This document shows, piece by piece, positions 1 to 14,149 of a stretch of 64,000 nt of DNA (position 1 is the first letter of the stretch; every line of letters starts with the position of its first letter). The notes beneath the pieces are model-generated. The model did no database searches, was not told the DNA's origin, and saw only the letters and a list, made by a program, of their open reading frames with translations. This DNA comes from Antedon mediterranea (lineage: Eukaryota > Animalia > Echinodermata): contig NC_092670.1 of the NCBI RefSeq assembly GCF_964355755.1, positions 16,602,795-16,666,794 on the forward strand, read 5' to 3'. Position numbers and translations under genes: made by a program.

Positions 1-167
1 TAACCATTAAACCAAACTCGCATACACATGCTTGTAGTGAAATTAGCCTAAATCACAAACAGCATTAAGACACACACAAATATATATTTTATTTTTACCG
101 GAGAAATCTTATGTAGGAGAATTTTAAAGTAGGCGGAGGTATGCACTCTCGAAGTGGCTTTCTAGTT
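1..167 (+). mobile_element. 3' end of a Helentron-type non-autonomous element (HINE/DINE-1-like)
   Basis: Near-identical reverse complement of 37896-38065. Ends GGCGGAGGT, small hairpin, then CTAGTT. Confidence 0.7.
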
Positions 168-336
168 TGTTGAATTAAAAAATTACAAGTACTAGAGAAA
201 AATAGTAAGCAGGATTATATGACAAACTAAACTCTCAACAAGTTGGGTTTCAAATGTTTATACACTCCATTAAAAAATATATCCACTAAAAAAACACATT
301 TGGGAGCAATAGCTTACAAAGAAATATAAAACTTAC

Positions 337-1700
337 ACAGTGAAGTTTCATTTCTTATATTCTCAAACAGAATATTAAGTGTTTGCAGTAGTTGTACACA
401 TATATATCGACTTGTTTTCTGCCTTAAGATCTTAAGGAAATATACCAACATGTTCTTTTCCAAAAAGAAACTGAAAATAAATATGGTATGTTAAAACATA
501 TCTTATAAAAATATGTTTAAATACAACACACTATGTGGGAAATAGAATGTGCAACTATAGAAGCATGACATTATAAAAGTTTTTTTTTATTAAATTGTAC
601 ATTATAGTGTTTAATCATTAAATCTACAACTTTGAGATCTATAGAACCCATTCTATTAAGGGGAAACTTTCATGAGAAACAAACGAGGGGAAATATATAT
701 TTAAAAACTACTGTATAGCCGACCCCTATTCAGGGGACACTTTTTTGGACCCCTGAATATGTTCCCTTAGTAAGGGTTCTATGCTATACTTAATATTTGA
801 AGGGGCCCACTTTGTTCGTTAGAAGCTTTAACATACTCAAATACAGAACTATCATTCTGATCTCCCCAGATAAGAATTTCAGAGATTGCTCTTAGTGTCT
901 CTACTAATAAACTTCTATTGGAGTCGGTCACTACTGCATTCTTCATTAACACATGGTGTAGGTATCTGTAAATATAAAGAAATATCCAGAAAAAATTAAC
1001 AATTTTGCATATTGAAATGGTTATCTAAAAACATGTGTACAAATTGTCTCACATGACTGATTCAATGTATTATCAAAGATTAGAAAAAAAACATTAAATT
1101 ATAAATTAATTACACATAAAAAAATCAATTATAATATTTGCAATTACATAGGTTTTAAAACATTGGATACATTACTCTATAGTTTTAAAGCCTACTTTAA
1201 TTATGAATTTACAAAGATTTTACTATATTCTAGATATAGGTATATACACTATTAAGCAAGCCTGCTTAATAAAATCATTGTAGGCCTACAGTAGCATACT
1301 AAAAAGGATACAGTGTAGCCTAACTTTCATAATGATTTTTATTTTTGTTTCCTGTTTGTTGACCAACTATTATTTTAAATTAAAAAAACACATGAACCTA
1401 TTCTAGAATATAATACATGTATGTGATATGTAAAAAAACAATTAATGATAACCCAAGGCCATATACGCCAATGTTGCAAGCCAACTGGGGAAGCCGAGCA
1501 GCTCAGTCCATTAGAGATGCCTTTTTGGTGGAACCTAGAGGCCAGGCCTGGCCTGGCCCTAGCCTAGTAGGCCTACCAGCAGACAAAACATTTACCAATT
1601 TATTCCTGAAATGATGAACATACCTAAGATTTTCAAGTGAATGAACATTTTTAGGTTTAGAGTAACTAGATCCAAACCAATTTTTCTGTTTACCGAACAT
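337..1700 (-). CDS. CLEC16A: CLEC16A (Ema/GOP-1 family) first three coding exons; gene continues beyond the window start
   Basis: Exons 1700-1624, 965-837 and 470-337, all GT-AG with consistent phases. Translation MFGKQKNWFGSSYSKPKNVHSLENLRYLHHVLMKNAVVTDSNRSLLVETLRAISEILIWGDQNDSSVFDFFLEKNMLVYFLKILRQKTSRYICVQLLQTLNILFENIRNETSL matches the conserved CLEC16A N-terminus (FPL region). Confidence 0.95.
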
Positions 1701-2446
1701 ATTTACGTCGATTTTTGAGATATTTTAATCAACTTCGTCTGATCGGTTCGACGACATCTTTGATTTTACAAAGCGAAAAAAAAGTAAATACGTATACTAC
1801 GGACGTAACGTAACACACAAAAACAAATCGATTAGATAGCTAGCTAGAGAGAGGACAGGTCATAATATAAAATAGAGGGCGACATTGTTAATTTTGAGAT
1901 TATCACAACACTTTTGTTTCCCATTATGTTTTGCATAAATAATAGGAAAAAAAACAGAACATAAACAATTAATCATTGTGATTTATAATAGACCGATTCA
2001 CAAAAACGAATAATCCTAGGTCTAGACCTAGGCCTAGGGGCCTGATTTTAATCTACAGATAAACTTTTATTGAAATATAATATAAATATAAATCTTCAGA
2101 ATTTTTTTGGCGTTATCATCCTCAGTATCATTTTGGCGTTATCATAATCGATCATCAGTATCATTTTTCAATGAAGTTTTTAAATTAACTTAGTAAATGA
2201 GCACTTTTGAAATATAATAAAAATAATAAATATATAATAAGCGCAGATCAGTGATTGGCTTTCCTTTCATTAAAGATAAGCACATGTCAAAGTTCAATAC
2301 ATTTTGCTTTTCCTAACACGCTTGATTGATTTCCACATTTTCATTTGTTTTGTTGGCGTGAGTGGGAGAGGTGGTGATCAATACATTGCAGCATTTATTT
2401 TATATTTCACTCATTTTTATACATTTAATTTATTTAGAATATTATT
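1701..2446. promoter_or_regulatory. Divergent promoter region CLEC16A / threonine aldolase
   Basis: Head-to-head starts about 750 bp apart. AGAGGGCG motif near 1875, ATTGG near 2254, TAGGCCTA cluster at 2015-2045. Confidence 0.5.
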
Positions 2447-5400
2447 ATGGATTCAACGAAAAAGTACAGTTTAGGAACCGAGGTAAGAATTATATTTATG
2501 CTAGTATTTTAAAGTCTGTTGAACCTTTTTTGGGGAGATGGTGCATGGTGGGGAGGATGAAATATCCACCCATGAGGTACCACACACATTATCATGATGG
2601 GTTGTGTTAATGGAAGTGTGGCATTATCCCTTCTTGCTCATCAGTCTGAAATTAGATATTTAGACGGGTGTTTCTCTGTTAAACTCAGAATTATTATTTT
2701 CACTGTATAGCTTTTTGTGTATTAGTAAAGTATGACATGTGGCAGTAAATAATAATGACATTTTGCATTTGAGTGTTAAATAAATTTGACACCTGACTGT
2801 CAGTCTAGACCCAACATTAAAATAATTATCATTGTTGTATATTATTATAATTTCTAATTATATCAAATCATGGAGTAATGATCAAATCATTAAAAATAGA
2901 ACTGCAAAGTAAATTTGATTACATCCTTGTCAATTTAACACCTTTGTTGTTACACAAGTATTTTCAAGTAGACAGTTTAATCCTTTAATTTAGTACTAAA
3001 TATTTAATATTACACAAACTCAATCCCTGAGCAACAAAAATGAACTTGTTTAAAACAAATGAGATTTGTTATTCACTATTTTTCAATATATATTATACAT
3101 TTCGGAAAACGTGCCGAAGGTTTTTTTTTCCAATTTTTTAAGTAGTTATAATATTAGCTGCTTCTTTTACAGATTTTTTCAGAGCTTTTCCAACTTACGA
3201 AAGTTGAAAAAAATTCGTAAAAGCAGCAGCTGATATTAATTAATAAATATATACCATATAGCCTATATATATATTCATTTTTTGTACAAAAATTATCATT
3301 AAGTGTTTCTATAAAGGTAGCTCAACAATTTAATAGCCAAAAATACTATGAATCAGAAAATCTCCTTTTATGAGTTTACTGTTATTATAACATATTATTA
3401 TAATAAATAAGTAGACCACATTTTGATTAAGGCAGGCTTATTAGTTTACACTGGAAATATTTATAATAACAAAATAGGTGACCTAATCTGCTTTCTCTGT
3501 GATTTACCACAAGTCATTACCATGGTGATTTATTTGAATAAAATAAAATTCACTTTAATTTATTATTTTCAGTGAATTTTAAAAATTAGTAATTCCATTA
3601 TTAACATAAAATTAGTATTTCATTTTTAACATTAAACTATTCGTATTTCCATGTAATTATTAGTTTTTTTCCAATGTTAACAGAAATTAATATTAGTATT
3701 TCCATTTTCAACATAAATTATGACATTTTTAACATAAATTATTTACCATTAGTATGTCTGTTTAACATATTATTAGTATTTAGATGTTTTAGATTAAATA
3801 TGCATGGCACAATACACAATGATACAGACACTAAATAATTTAGCACTGTTTTTATTGTGATCTAATATTATTATTTTCAACCACATTATCATTTATGTAA
3901 ATTTGTACTTAAATGAGGATAATAAGTCAATGCTTGTGACCTCTGTTAAATCCTGCACATTGTTGACCTATATTTCAAATTTCCTTATATAATTTGCAGG
4001 TAGTTTTAAATATATTTTCAATTCTGTTGCTTTTGTGATCGTTTTGTGATTAATAATACTAATAATATCATACCATATCTTACTCCATTATCATACAGTA
4101 TACAATCATGGCTAGAAATTCACTACTACTAAGCATTTGCAAGGTTTAAAAAAAAAAACAGAATATTGACCAATCAACCAAGCAATTTTGGGAGATGAAA
4201 GTGAATTTCAAGCCCTGATAAAACCTATAAAAACTTGTTTTTGCTTTTCACATTGCAGTAATTATGTGTGCCAAAATTATTACTGTAGTTAATAGAAGCT
4301 TTTGAAGATGCCAAGATTCTTCATAGCCAATCAGCTTAAACGTTTGTTTCGTTTGCATGGCACCCCACTCCGCCCTCAAGCGGACCTCTCACATATTTAT
4401 GCACCATCCTGTTCAGCTCACAATCTGCCACTGTCTGGTGTTTGTTGTTACCATAATGTTCCTGCTGCGCTGGTGAGTTTTAAGCAAGTTGCATGATTTT
4501 TTAGAGCTACAATTTGCATGAAAGATTCAGAGTCCAGGGTAGAAAAATATAAGATCCAGAGTAGAGAAATATAAGATCCAAGGAGTAGGGAAATGTAAGA
4601 TCAAGGGTAAAGGAATATAAGATCCTGGGTAGGGAAATATAAGATCTAGGGTAGAGAAATATAAGATCCAGGGTAGAGAAATATAAGATCCAAGGGGTAG
4701 GGAAATGTAAGATCCAAGGGGTAGGGAAATATAAGATCCAGGGTAGGGAAATATAAGATCTAGGGTAGAGAAATATAAGATCCAGGGTAGAGAAATATAA
4801 GATCCAAGGGGTAGGGAAATGTAAGATCCAGGGTAGGGAAATATAAGATCCAGGGTAGGGAAAATGCAAATTTTGGGGTAGTGAAAGTCCCCCCTTGTTA
4901 TATGCTCTACTCTGTCTGGTACATGCTATACATGTAATACAAATCTTTGCATGTTGTTGTTACCAATTAATTTCAATGGAGAATCTGTGGCAAAATTCTG
5001 GATGTAGCAACAATTACCCAGATTCAGAAATGTGGTGATTTATTATATTATAGCATGATCATTTATAATGTCTTGTGTATTAATGTGATTTATGTAGTAA
5101 CATACATTCTAGAAATTAGTAAGTATTAAATGCATGCATTCTAAATCATTCCTTATTATTAAAACATGAACAATTTTGTATAAATTTACTAAGAAATTTC
5201 TTTTTATATTTTAGTATGTAGTAGTATACATTTATATATTAATTTCCACATAATTCATTTTTTCATGGTCATTATTGGATACAGAATCATTTTTAAAGCT
5301 TATAGTTTTATCAATAATACTTTAAGTACGGTAAGGAATGTTTCTAAGTATGGTATGCAGAATTACTTATGATAATGCTTACCATTTGGAGTCAGTTTAG

Positions 5401-8400
5401 GATTTAACTTACATAGCCTTGGGATAAATGAAGCAGATGTTATTGCTAAAGTACAAATTACAGTTTATTTAAAGCTTGGAGGAAATATTTCCTCTTAAAG
5501 CAGTTTTTTTTTTTAAATTCAAGTTTATGAATTAAATAAAAACTGCTATAGTTAACTCTACCAAGCCGCACACACTTGGGGTAGCCCATGATGTTTCATT
5601 TCAGAAATATGTCTGAGATTGGGGGCGGGGGTGATTAAAGCTTAGTTCTCACTAGCATGCAACGCAAATAATTTGACCAAAGACAGTGGATAAATTCAAA
5701 GAAGCCACTTCTTGTTTGCTTGCATGTCTGTCCTTTTCTTGTGTCCTATGTTTGGCAGTGGCGTAACACAAAGACCCGAGCCCCCGATGTTTGGCTTAAA
5801 TTCATTTAACCTCAAGAAAGTCCAATGCATAAATTCAGAAAAGCCACTGCTAGTCAGTACTCTACTTGCGTCTGTTTCCCTTCCTCATGTCCTATGTTTA
5901 GCTGAAAGTTCTAGTCTGGTTGTGAGGTTGGTGAGGACACACGAAACCCAACACTTTATTTTGTTATTTCCTTAGATTCTAAAAAATAATCAAACAGCTG
6001 TAGCACTTTGGACTTTATAAGACATAATATTATCAGTGATGTTTAAAAAAAGTGATACATTAAAAATGAAAGAAATATTGTACTTTTTTAGGTTTAGAAG
6101 GATCAAAGTTGATTTCATACAAGATTGTTCCTTTTACTCAATTATTTTGTTTTCACCTTACATCCTGTTCCCTGTAGTAATATGAAGCGAAGGTCTAGTT
6201 AGGATTGACCTAGTTTATGAGTTATAAAGTGGGCCAGAGACCCATAGAGGTCAAATGTCAACCTTTGGAATATCTTGCATTATTATTTACATATGTTGGT
6301 TGCTCGCTTGTTTACATTGCTTGACTTGACAAGAATGGTTTGTGGAAAAAAATAATCTTGATTTATATTATGAATGAATTATTGCTTTCCTTGATCTTTA
6401 ATCCACACGGAAATGACAATTTAACCTCAGTGTCATAAATATTTATCCCAATTATTGGATTATATAACTGCAGCGCATACTGTACTGTACTATAGTACAT
6501 TTTAAGCTCCCTAGAGAGATGTTGGTTCTTTGCTCCCTATGGAGAACTTATTAGTGATCTTGTTATAGAGTGCTAATCTCAAGGGTATACTGTACATTAT
6601 TCTCCATGGAAAGAAAGCAGTACAAAGTGCATTACCTAGAATTTATTATATAAACCCACATGCAAAATGGTCAGTGAATTTTTGCCCTACGCTCTTGCTT
6701 ATTATAAAACAGTAAAACTAATACTTTTTTATACTAAAAATAATGAACATATTTTTAGAGGAATTAACACAAAAGTTAATACCACCTCAATTAAATTCTT
6801 GTTTACCATACCACTGTAGAATTCTGGTCATGTGATTGATTTGAGGAGCGATACAGTGACCAAACCGGATGCTGAAATGCGTAAAGCAATGGCGGAAGCA
6901 GAGGTTGGAGATGACGTTTACGGTGAAGATCCTACTGTCAACAGTAAATACAAATTGTTGCATTAAATAATTAAGATATCTCTCTTTTATAAGAGAGGGT
7001 GTTTGTGCGTTTGTTATGATCGTAATGGTCCTGGGAAAGGTTTTAAACTACACTTTAAAATCACCCTGAGTACTGTATATCTTTCGTAGTGATAAATAAA
7101 ACGATGATGATGTGGCGATGATACAGGCATCTGGGGTGGTGGTAAAGGTAGCTCATCTGTTTATTTCATTTGTTTTAAATATTTTGATTTCAGAGTTGCA
7201 AGAAAGATGTGCCTCGTTACTTGGTAAAGAGGCAGCTTTGTTTGTACCTTCAGGGACAATGGCTAACCTTATTTCAGGTTTGTTACTACAAAATTGTACT
7301 CCATATAAACAATTGTCTTTTTATGGGTGTTTTGCAGGAAATGGCAATTCCTAAAAACAACAGGATGCTATCTCGGTCGGTTTTCCTTTATGTGCTTTGG
7401 AAGCCTATTAGACTTGCCCTGAGTCTGTATTTATTGTCTTTTTTATGTTAGTCCACCAGTCGACGTTTATGTAACGCCATATGTGCCAAAATATTTATCT
7501 TTTTACTAATATTAAGTCAAAACTCCATCTGGAACCCAGACTTAGCCTACTTATATGCGCTATAAGAATTAATGATGTAGCTATATAAATTGTCATACAG
7601 AGGCTAAGTTTGTGTGCTGTGATGTCATATTACATGACACATACATGATTCGAACCAAAACCCCTGCAGTCTGAAATCCACAAAAATATTCTAATCAGCG
7701 GTGGATCCAGGATCTTGAATGACAGAAGCCCAGGGCCTAAAAATTGTAAAATGAAGTTCTGTTGTTATCCCACCTTCGATTAGCCTATACTAATGTTGAC
7801 TGATTTTTATCTTTCTCTTGTCAGTAATGTCACACTGTCCTGGACGAGGGGAAGAGGTCATACTAGGCGATCAAAGTCATATATTTATCTGGGAACAAGG
7901 TGGAATATCACAGGTATTATTATGGTTAATTATAACAAAATACTGCAGCACCTTTTTTTGTACACCTATAATGTGACATCAATGCATGAATGCTTTAGTG
8001 CAGTTCAATGTGTAGTCTCAGTATATGTGTATATAAGTATGTGTAGATGTGTTACCTTCATTTAGCTTGCAGGAGTCCACCCGCGAACTGTCAAAAACAA
8101 AGATGATGGGACGTTCGATATCAAAGAAGCCGAGTCCAAGATCCGAAGTGATGATGTACACCTAACAGTCACGCGGCTAATATGCGTAGAAAACACATTT
8201 GGGGGTAAACCACTCCCTCTACAGTTTCTGAAAGATGTAAGTAATGTTATTTATTTAAATTGTATGGCACAATATTCTATACACCTACAGTAAACTGGAG
8301 AAGGATAAAGAAAATGTTTCCTTAAAAACTATTTTGAAATATAATAATCTCAAAATGTCTAAAGTTCTGTCTGCACTATCAAACTTTATATCAAAAATAT

Positions 8401-11400
8401 TTGCCCATATATGGACATGATGATGTCATATCACTACCATATTTAAGCACATCACTACCATATTTGGGCACACACTTTTTTGTCAAACTAGTTTGATAGT
8501 GTAGACAGTGCTTTACAATCAATAAGTTTCAAATGTTTAATGGCAAAACATTAGCACAACAACAATGTTTTTTAATGTCTTTTATTAGGTACGTAAAGTT
8601 GCGGACAAACATAATCTATCAGTTCACATGGATGGTGCTAGGTTGATGAATGCTGCTGTTGCAATGGATACAGCACCTCAAAATATCTGCCAATATGCAG
8701 ATTCAATATCTATGTGCTTCTCAAAGGTTTGTTTATTTTTTATATATTTATGGAGGAGGTTTTGGAAAAATGACAAAACAAAATCTAACAAAACGTTAAT
8801 TACCAATAACAGAATAAAACCAAAGTTCATTCTTGATAAGTACACTATTAAGTAGGTCAGTGGTCTAGGTATTAAAGCTGGGCAGGTCCTATCTGAGAAT
8901 TAATTTAGTATTAGTATTCAGTAGAACAATGTCAGATTAGGGCTAAACATCTGACCCACATGCTGTCATGAGGCTTATGCAGTGGCATTTGTTTAGCTAC
9001 GAAGATGTCTTGATTCAAGATTTGCACCCAGGATTGTGGGATGTAGGATGTTAGCAACCATGTTATGTGCCAAAATGGTTTATCTATTCTTAAACACTGT
9101 TGTTGATAATAATCGAAGCCATACCATAATTAAGTTAGTCTATGTTCTAGTAAACTATTTCAACAGTATATCCTCTGGGACCGTGCCCTAATACTGAAAG
9201 TATGGTGAGACTGCACCACAATACAATCAAGTTACAGATAAGATAACAACATTAGTTTGTGGGTTCAACCACCTTGTTAAAGTTACTCCTGTTTACCATC
9301 CAGGTAATTGTACTTGAAACATTTGGGTTTATGTGTTTGTGTAGCTTAGTTGGAGCTATCATAGCTACATTATTTATGGCAGTTTCAATGATTTATAAGA
9401 GGGTTAAGCTTCACACTGTGTATAGATTTATAGCAGACCACGACCTATGTAGAGGCCTAATGTTATGTATCCTTGTTGGCCGTGAGCATAGCTACGTTGA
9501 TTTATTGCATGTTTCCCTGAAGTATAACTGGGTTATGCACCACATTTAAATGTCAACTTTTATTTACATGATGTGACTACAAATTATGACTATAAATATG
9601 TCTTTTATACTGTACAGCAGTCATACACTACATATGTAGATCCAGAAATTGTGGGGGAAGCGATTTCAATGCTAAAGATAGGACATAGCACTCCATTTGT
9701 TGATTTCTAGGCCCCCAACCCCCTCTATTTCAAAACACTGGATCCACCACCGCACTAATCTGTATGTTGTATAACTACAGTAGATAAAGTTTACTTATTT
9801 TTACTTCTTTGGTAACAGGGTTTGGGAGCGCCTGTCGGTTCAATCATTGCTGGTAGCAAAGCATTTATAGACAGGTTAGTTCAATTTTTATCATGAATAT
9901 AAATCTACTCTTCAGACTACTAAAAATTGAATGATTATAAAACAGCTCTTCAATAATTAAATTCTCGACATATTTTAATGATCTTCGAAAAATGTTTTCA
10001 TCTGTTTTTTTATTAACCATCTGTATATCATTATTTACGTTAAACCATTCATGAATATGTATGTGTGCAACGTTTTGACTTGTTTCCAAGTCTTTATCTG
10101 GCAATGACTAGATGTTAGTGGTTGCCAGGAGTACTGTAGCTTTGCTAGTTGTAGAGCAGCGCCCCTATTAGTAACCTTGGTCTGCGATTTGCCGAAGTTC
10201 TTCAGCTTTTGAGGTAAAATGAGTTGTTTGCACACTTACATTTTCATGAATGGTTTAATGTTAAGAATTATATGCAGATATTTGAATGATCTCTGGAAAA
10301 ACGTCATGAAAGATCTAACACAAAAATATGACAGATCTATAAACTTTAAAATCTAATGAAATGAATCTTACAATTACTTTTGATAGATCTTTAAGGCATC
10401 GTAAAGTACTTGGAGGTGGCATGAGACAGGCAGGAATCTTAGCAGCAGCTGCATTGCTTGGCCTAGACAGAGCAACAGAAAAGATCAAAATGGATCATGA
10501 TAATGCTAAAAGACTTGCACAAGGTAAGGATATACTTACAGGGATTTAATTTAAAAAAACTTTAATTAGTGAAGAGCTAACAACTCACTTATATTATAGT
10601 AATTATATTATAGATTAGTATTATGAAATAAAAAAAAAGATGATGAAAGTAATGCAGTGTAATATCAATAAAAGATACTGTATTCATATTATTCAACTGT
10701 ATTAGATTAGCATTAACTAATGTACATCTATAACCACCGTCTCGCAGCCTAACTGAGCGTACAATTAGTATTTGTGTCGTACAGCTCCACTCATTTGTGT
10801 GTCCACGACAACAGGGCTGCGATAGACCAGTACAACAAAGTATATACTATACTTTATCAAAAGATGGCACACTGGGTTCATTAAAGTGCATACAAGTTAG
10901 ATATGTACACTGGACCTCCAGTTTTAAATCCTCATCCAAGAACACTACGGTCAAGGAGAGACTTGAATGTGTGATGATTTTATGATTTGCGGCACCTCAG
11001 TCTTAGCCAATCTACTACTCGACTTAGTCAAATCTTAAATTTGTGTACTAGATGTATAACTTAGGCTCTGTCTACACTATCAAACTAGTTTGACAAAAAA
11101 AGTGTGATGGCCTAAATATGGTAGTAATATGCCTAAGTATGGTATTAATATGAATCATGTCCATATATGGGCATGATGATATACATGTGTAGGCAGGTTG
11201 GTTTACTAACTTAAATAAAAGTTGCTTACAAAATCTCTGTTTACTGTTACAGGAATTCTTGACATTAAAAACGACCACTTGAGTGTTTGCTTAGAAGATG
11301 TCCTTAGCAACATGGTCATGATTAAGGTTAATAAAGGTATCAACCCGATGTCAATCTGCCAGGCAATGGCCAGGGTCACCGAGGAAGAGGAAAGCAAGCT

Positions 11401-11563
11401 TGGTTGCATCGTCAACTTGAAGATGTTTCCTGGCTCCAAGACTACGATCCGCGCTGTTGTACATCAAAATATAAGCAAAAGTGATATCGAATTAGCAATA
11501 AAGAAGATACAAATAGTCCTTGATAGTTTTGATGATGGAAAAGGATATAGTGTTGAAGAATAA
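2447..11563 (+). CDS. THA1: Low-specificity L-threonine aldolase (PLP-dependent, GLY1/LtaE/Tha1 family)
   Basis: Exons 2447-2482 (tentative first exon [12 protein letters not shown], phase fits), 6820-6943, 7194-7277, 7825-7913, 8066-8236, 8589-8726, 9819-9874, 10387-10523, 11253-11563. Motifs: [47 protein letters not shown] lysine CFSK|[20 protein letters not shown]. Confidence 0.93.
4531..4862. repeat. 21-22 bp minisatellite (GATCCAGGGTAGRGAAATATAA)n, about 15 units
   Basis: Directly visible tandem array. It explains the repetitive ORF 4507-4869. Confidence 0.95.
8362..8513. mobile_element. Abundant ~150 bp MITE (family A), TIR AAGCTCTGTCTACACTATCAAACT, TA flanks
   Basis: Inverted termini. 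Further copies or fragments at about 11065, 11852-12552 (split), 13880, 19529, 21109, 24755, 34376, 34771, 35308, 39545, 39838, 50669 and 61040. Confidence 0.9.
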
Positions 11564-11942
11564 TGAGTTCTTATTATGGTTTAGGGATCATATCAAAATT
11601 ATTCTACTGCTTTTTCTGCAATAACATGATATTTAGTTAGTTTTAATGTACCAGGTTATGAGTTAAACATGCCATAGTCTCTAGTTATTGTCTGTTGTGT
11701 ATTCCTGTACGTGTACCACCAGTCGACTTTTTGATTTGATTCTGTAAATTTTATTTTATTATGTATGAAATGCCATGTGTGCCAACAAAAAAAAAGCTTG
11801 CTATATAAGCAGCTTGTTACTGCAGTAACAATCATTTTGACATGGTCTCTAAAGCTCTGTCTACACTATCAACCTTTATGTGACAAAAAATGTGATGTGC
11901 CCATATATGGACATGATGATGTCGTATCACTAGCATATTTAA

Positions 11943-12484
11943 AGATGTATTGTCCCTTAAACACAAAAAATGAAGGTCAAAATATTCTAAATTTAAATTG
12001 GCCATATCAAAGTAATATTAAAGTTATTCACTTTAAGTCGAAAATTCGAGCCAAAAACAACAAGTTTACGTAATTAACAGGTAAATTAATTTAATTACAT
12101 TTCGTCTGGAAAATCGTCGCAGGCGAAAGTAAACAAAGATTTCAAACCCTGTGTATGCATTATACATATGATAATTAGGATTGTTTACAACTTGTCACGG
12201 TTGAGAAGGTGTTTTCACACAGATCGCGAAGAAGTTTTATGATTATGCATACAGAGTAGCCAAACAAGCGCGTTGCATTATGAGATATGTTTTGATCGAA
12301 AACTTGAAGTCTAAGTTATTTTTTTTACAAAAAAACGTCTGTATTTCAGTTAAATGATTTGTTTTTTCGACTAATTTTTGGTGAACGTTAATAACTATTA
12401 TGATACTTCAAAACGACCCACTTTTTTTTTTAAATATTAAAAAAAAAAAAAAATTTTGGAATTAGTCAAAGGGACAATGTATCT
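11943..12484. mobile_element. Non-autonomous DNA transposon with TTAA target-site duplication (Kolobok-like), nested in a family A MITE
   Basis: TTAA|AGATGTATTGTCCC...GGGACAATGTATCT|TTAA. Highly similar second copy at 20029-20578. Confidence 0.82.
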
Positions 12485-14149
12485 TTAAGCATATCACTAC
12501 CATATCTGGCCAAATTTTTTGTCAAACTAATTTGATAGTGTAGACAGAGCTTTAAAGTATAGAATAAAAATGATATGTGCATTCTAACTCAATCAAATTT
12601 GCAGGAGATTCAAGAGAGAATGCTGTTACAGTTTGGTTGTAAACCATTCTACCCAACACTCTATACTTTGCCATATGCGAACACAAAACCTTGTCAAAAT
12701 AATTTATTCTCTACATTTTTATATCCGTTTTAAAGTAATTAAGGCAGTGTGGCAGATCTAGGATTGTCAAAATAGATTTTAAAAAGTAGTTAATAATTAT
12801 CATTTTAGCCACCCTGGTACTCCTAAATCTAAGTGTTAATATTTTGATGGTGAAAGGTAGTCGATAATAATTTCTGTGCAATTTATCTATCAACACAAGA
12901 TCATTGAACAATAAATTAACATACACACACTTATTTCCGCTGTCTGTAAAAATGAAACCATATTTTGAATTATTTCTATATACAGTAATTTATTAAATTC
13001 AAACTAAACATATATTAGTTGTAAAAAACTATACCACTATCTAAATAAAGACCACTTTGGGACCAGAGGCTTCGTAGATCTTTAAGTAGAATAATTTTTA
13101 ATAAAACACAGTATAGGACCTACATTTTACTTATACTGTAGTACTTCAAGGCAGGGATCAAAGGTTGACCTGCCTTAAATATACCTCCAACATGATCTTA
13201 TAACCAAGGCTACAATAATGCTAGGCCTAGAAAACATGAATACTGAATGGAAAATACACAAAAAACAACACAATTACATATTAACACAAACAGTTTCATA
13301 AAAACGTAAAATCAGAGTACGTAAAATGTAGATCCTACTGAAACGGTGCTTAATATTTTAACAATGTGATTGCTCTTTAATTAGATGATTAGTGTTGGTA
13401 ATTTAAAATATACAACTATATTGCTACCATTAAATTTTATTTTTAAATCATTTTTTTCTGATATAGTATACTAAGTGGAAATACTTTAATAAAATAGAAC
13501 TTGGCACCATGTTTATTTATTTATTTTTAAAAAAGCTCACCACTCACCAAATTTAATCGTTACACAGTACTGTACTACATTCTGTATATTACCTGCTGTG
13601 TACTTTTTTTAATTTTTTTTTTTTATTATTAAAAAAAAATGTATTCTAAAATATGTACAGTTATCCCTGAGCATGTTGCATAGAATCATTTTACAGTTAC
13701 TGCAGTAATTTCAGCAATAGCAACCATAATGTAGTTGCTGATGGATTGTAGAATAAAATTTAATTAAAAAAATTGAAAATACAATTCGTAACACTAGGTA
13801 GGCTGAATTGCTGTACTGTTCTAAAACATCTTGACACAGAATTGAACACTACATTATCAAACATTAAGTGACAACAAAAATGTGATGTGCCCATATATGA
13901 ACATATATTTGTCAAACTAGTTTGATAGTGTAGGCAGAGCTTAATTCTTGTGAATGTAGGGCATGCAACCAAGCTACTGAGAGCCACTGCTGGTGTAGAA
14001 CCAATCCTTTGGGACACCCCCATTAAAGGGACACTTTCCCCATGAAAGGGAAAATATGTTTTGACACTATTATTCAACCCTATATTCAGTGGAGATACCC
14101 CTATTAAGGGGACACTTAGGGTTTAAAGGTGTTCTGCATCTCATACAAC

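Noticed and set aside
4507-4869. 120-aa ORF with repeated YISLPWIL
   Set aside because: It is a translation of the 21-22 bp minisatellite.
8186-8215. Aldolase ENTFGGK instead of the usual ENTHN motif
   Set aside because: The PLP lysine and the expected His residues (SHIF, DVH) are intact, so this is not evidence of changed function.
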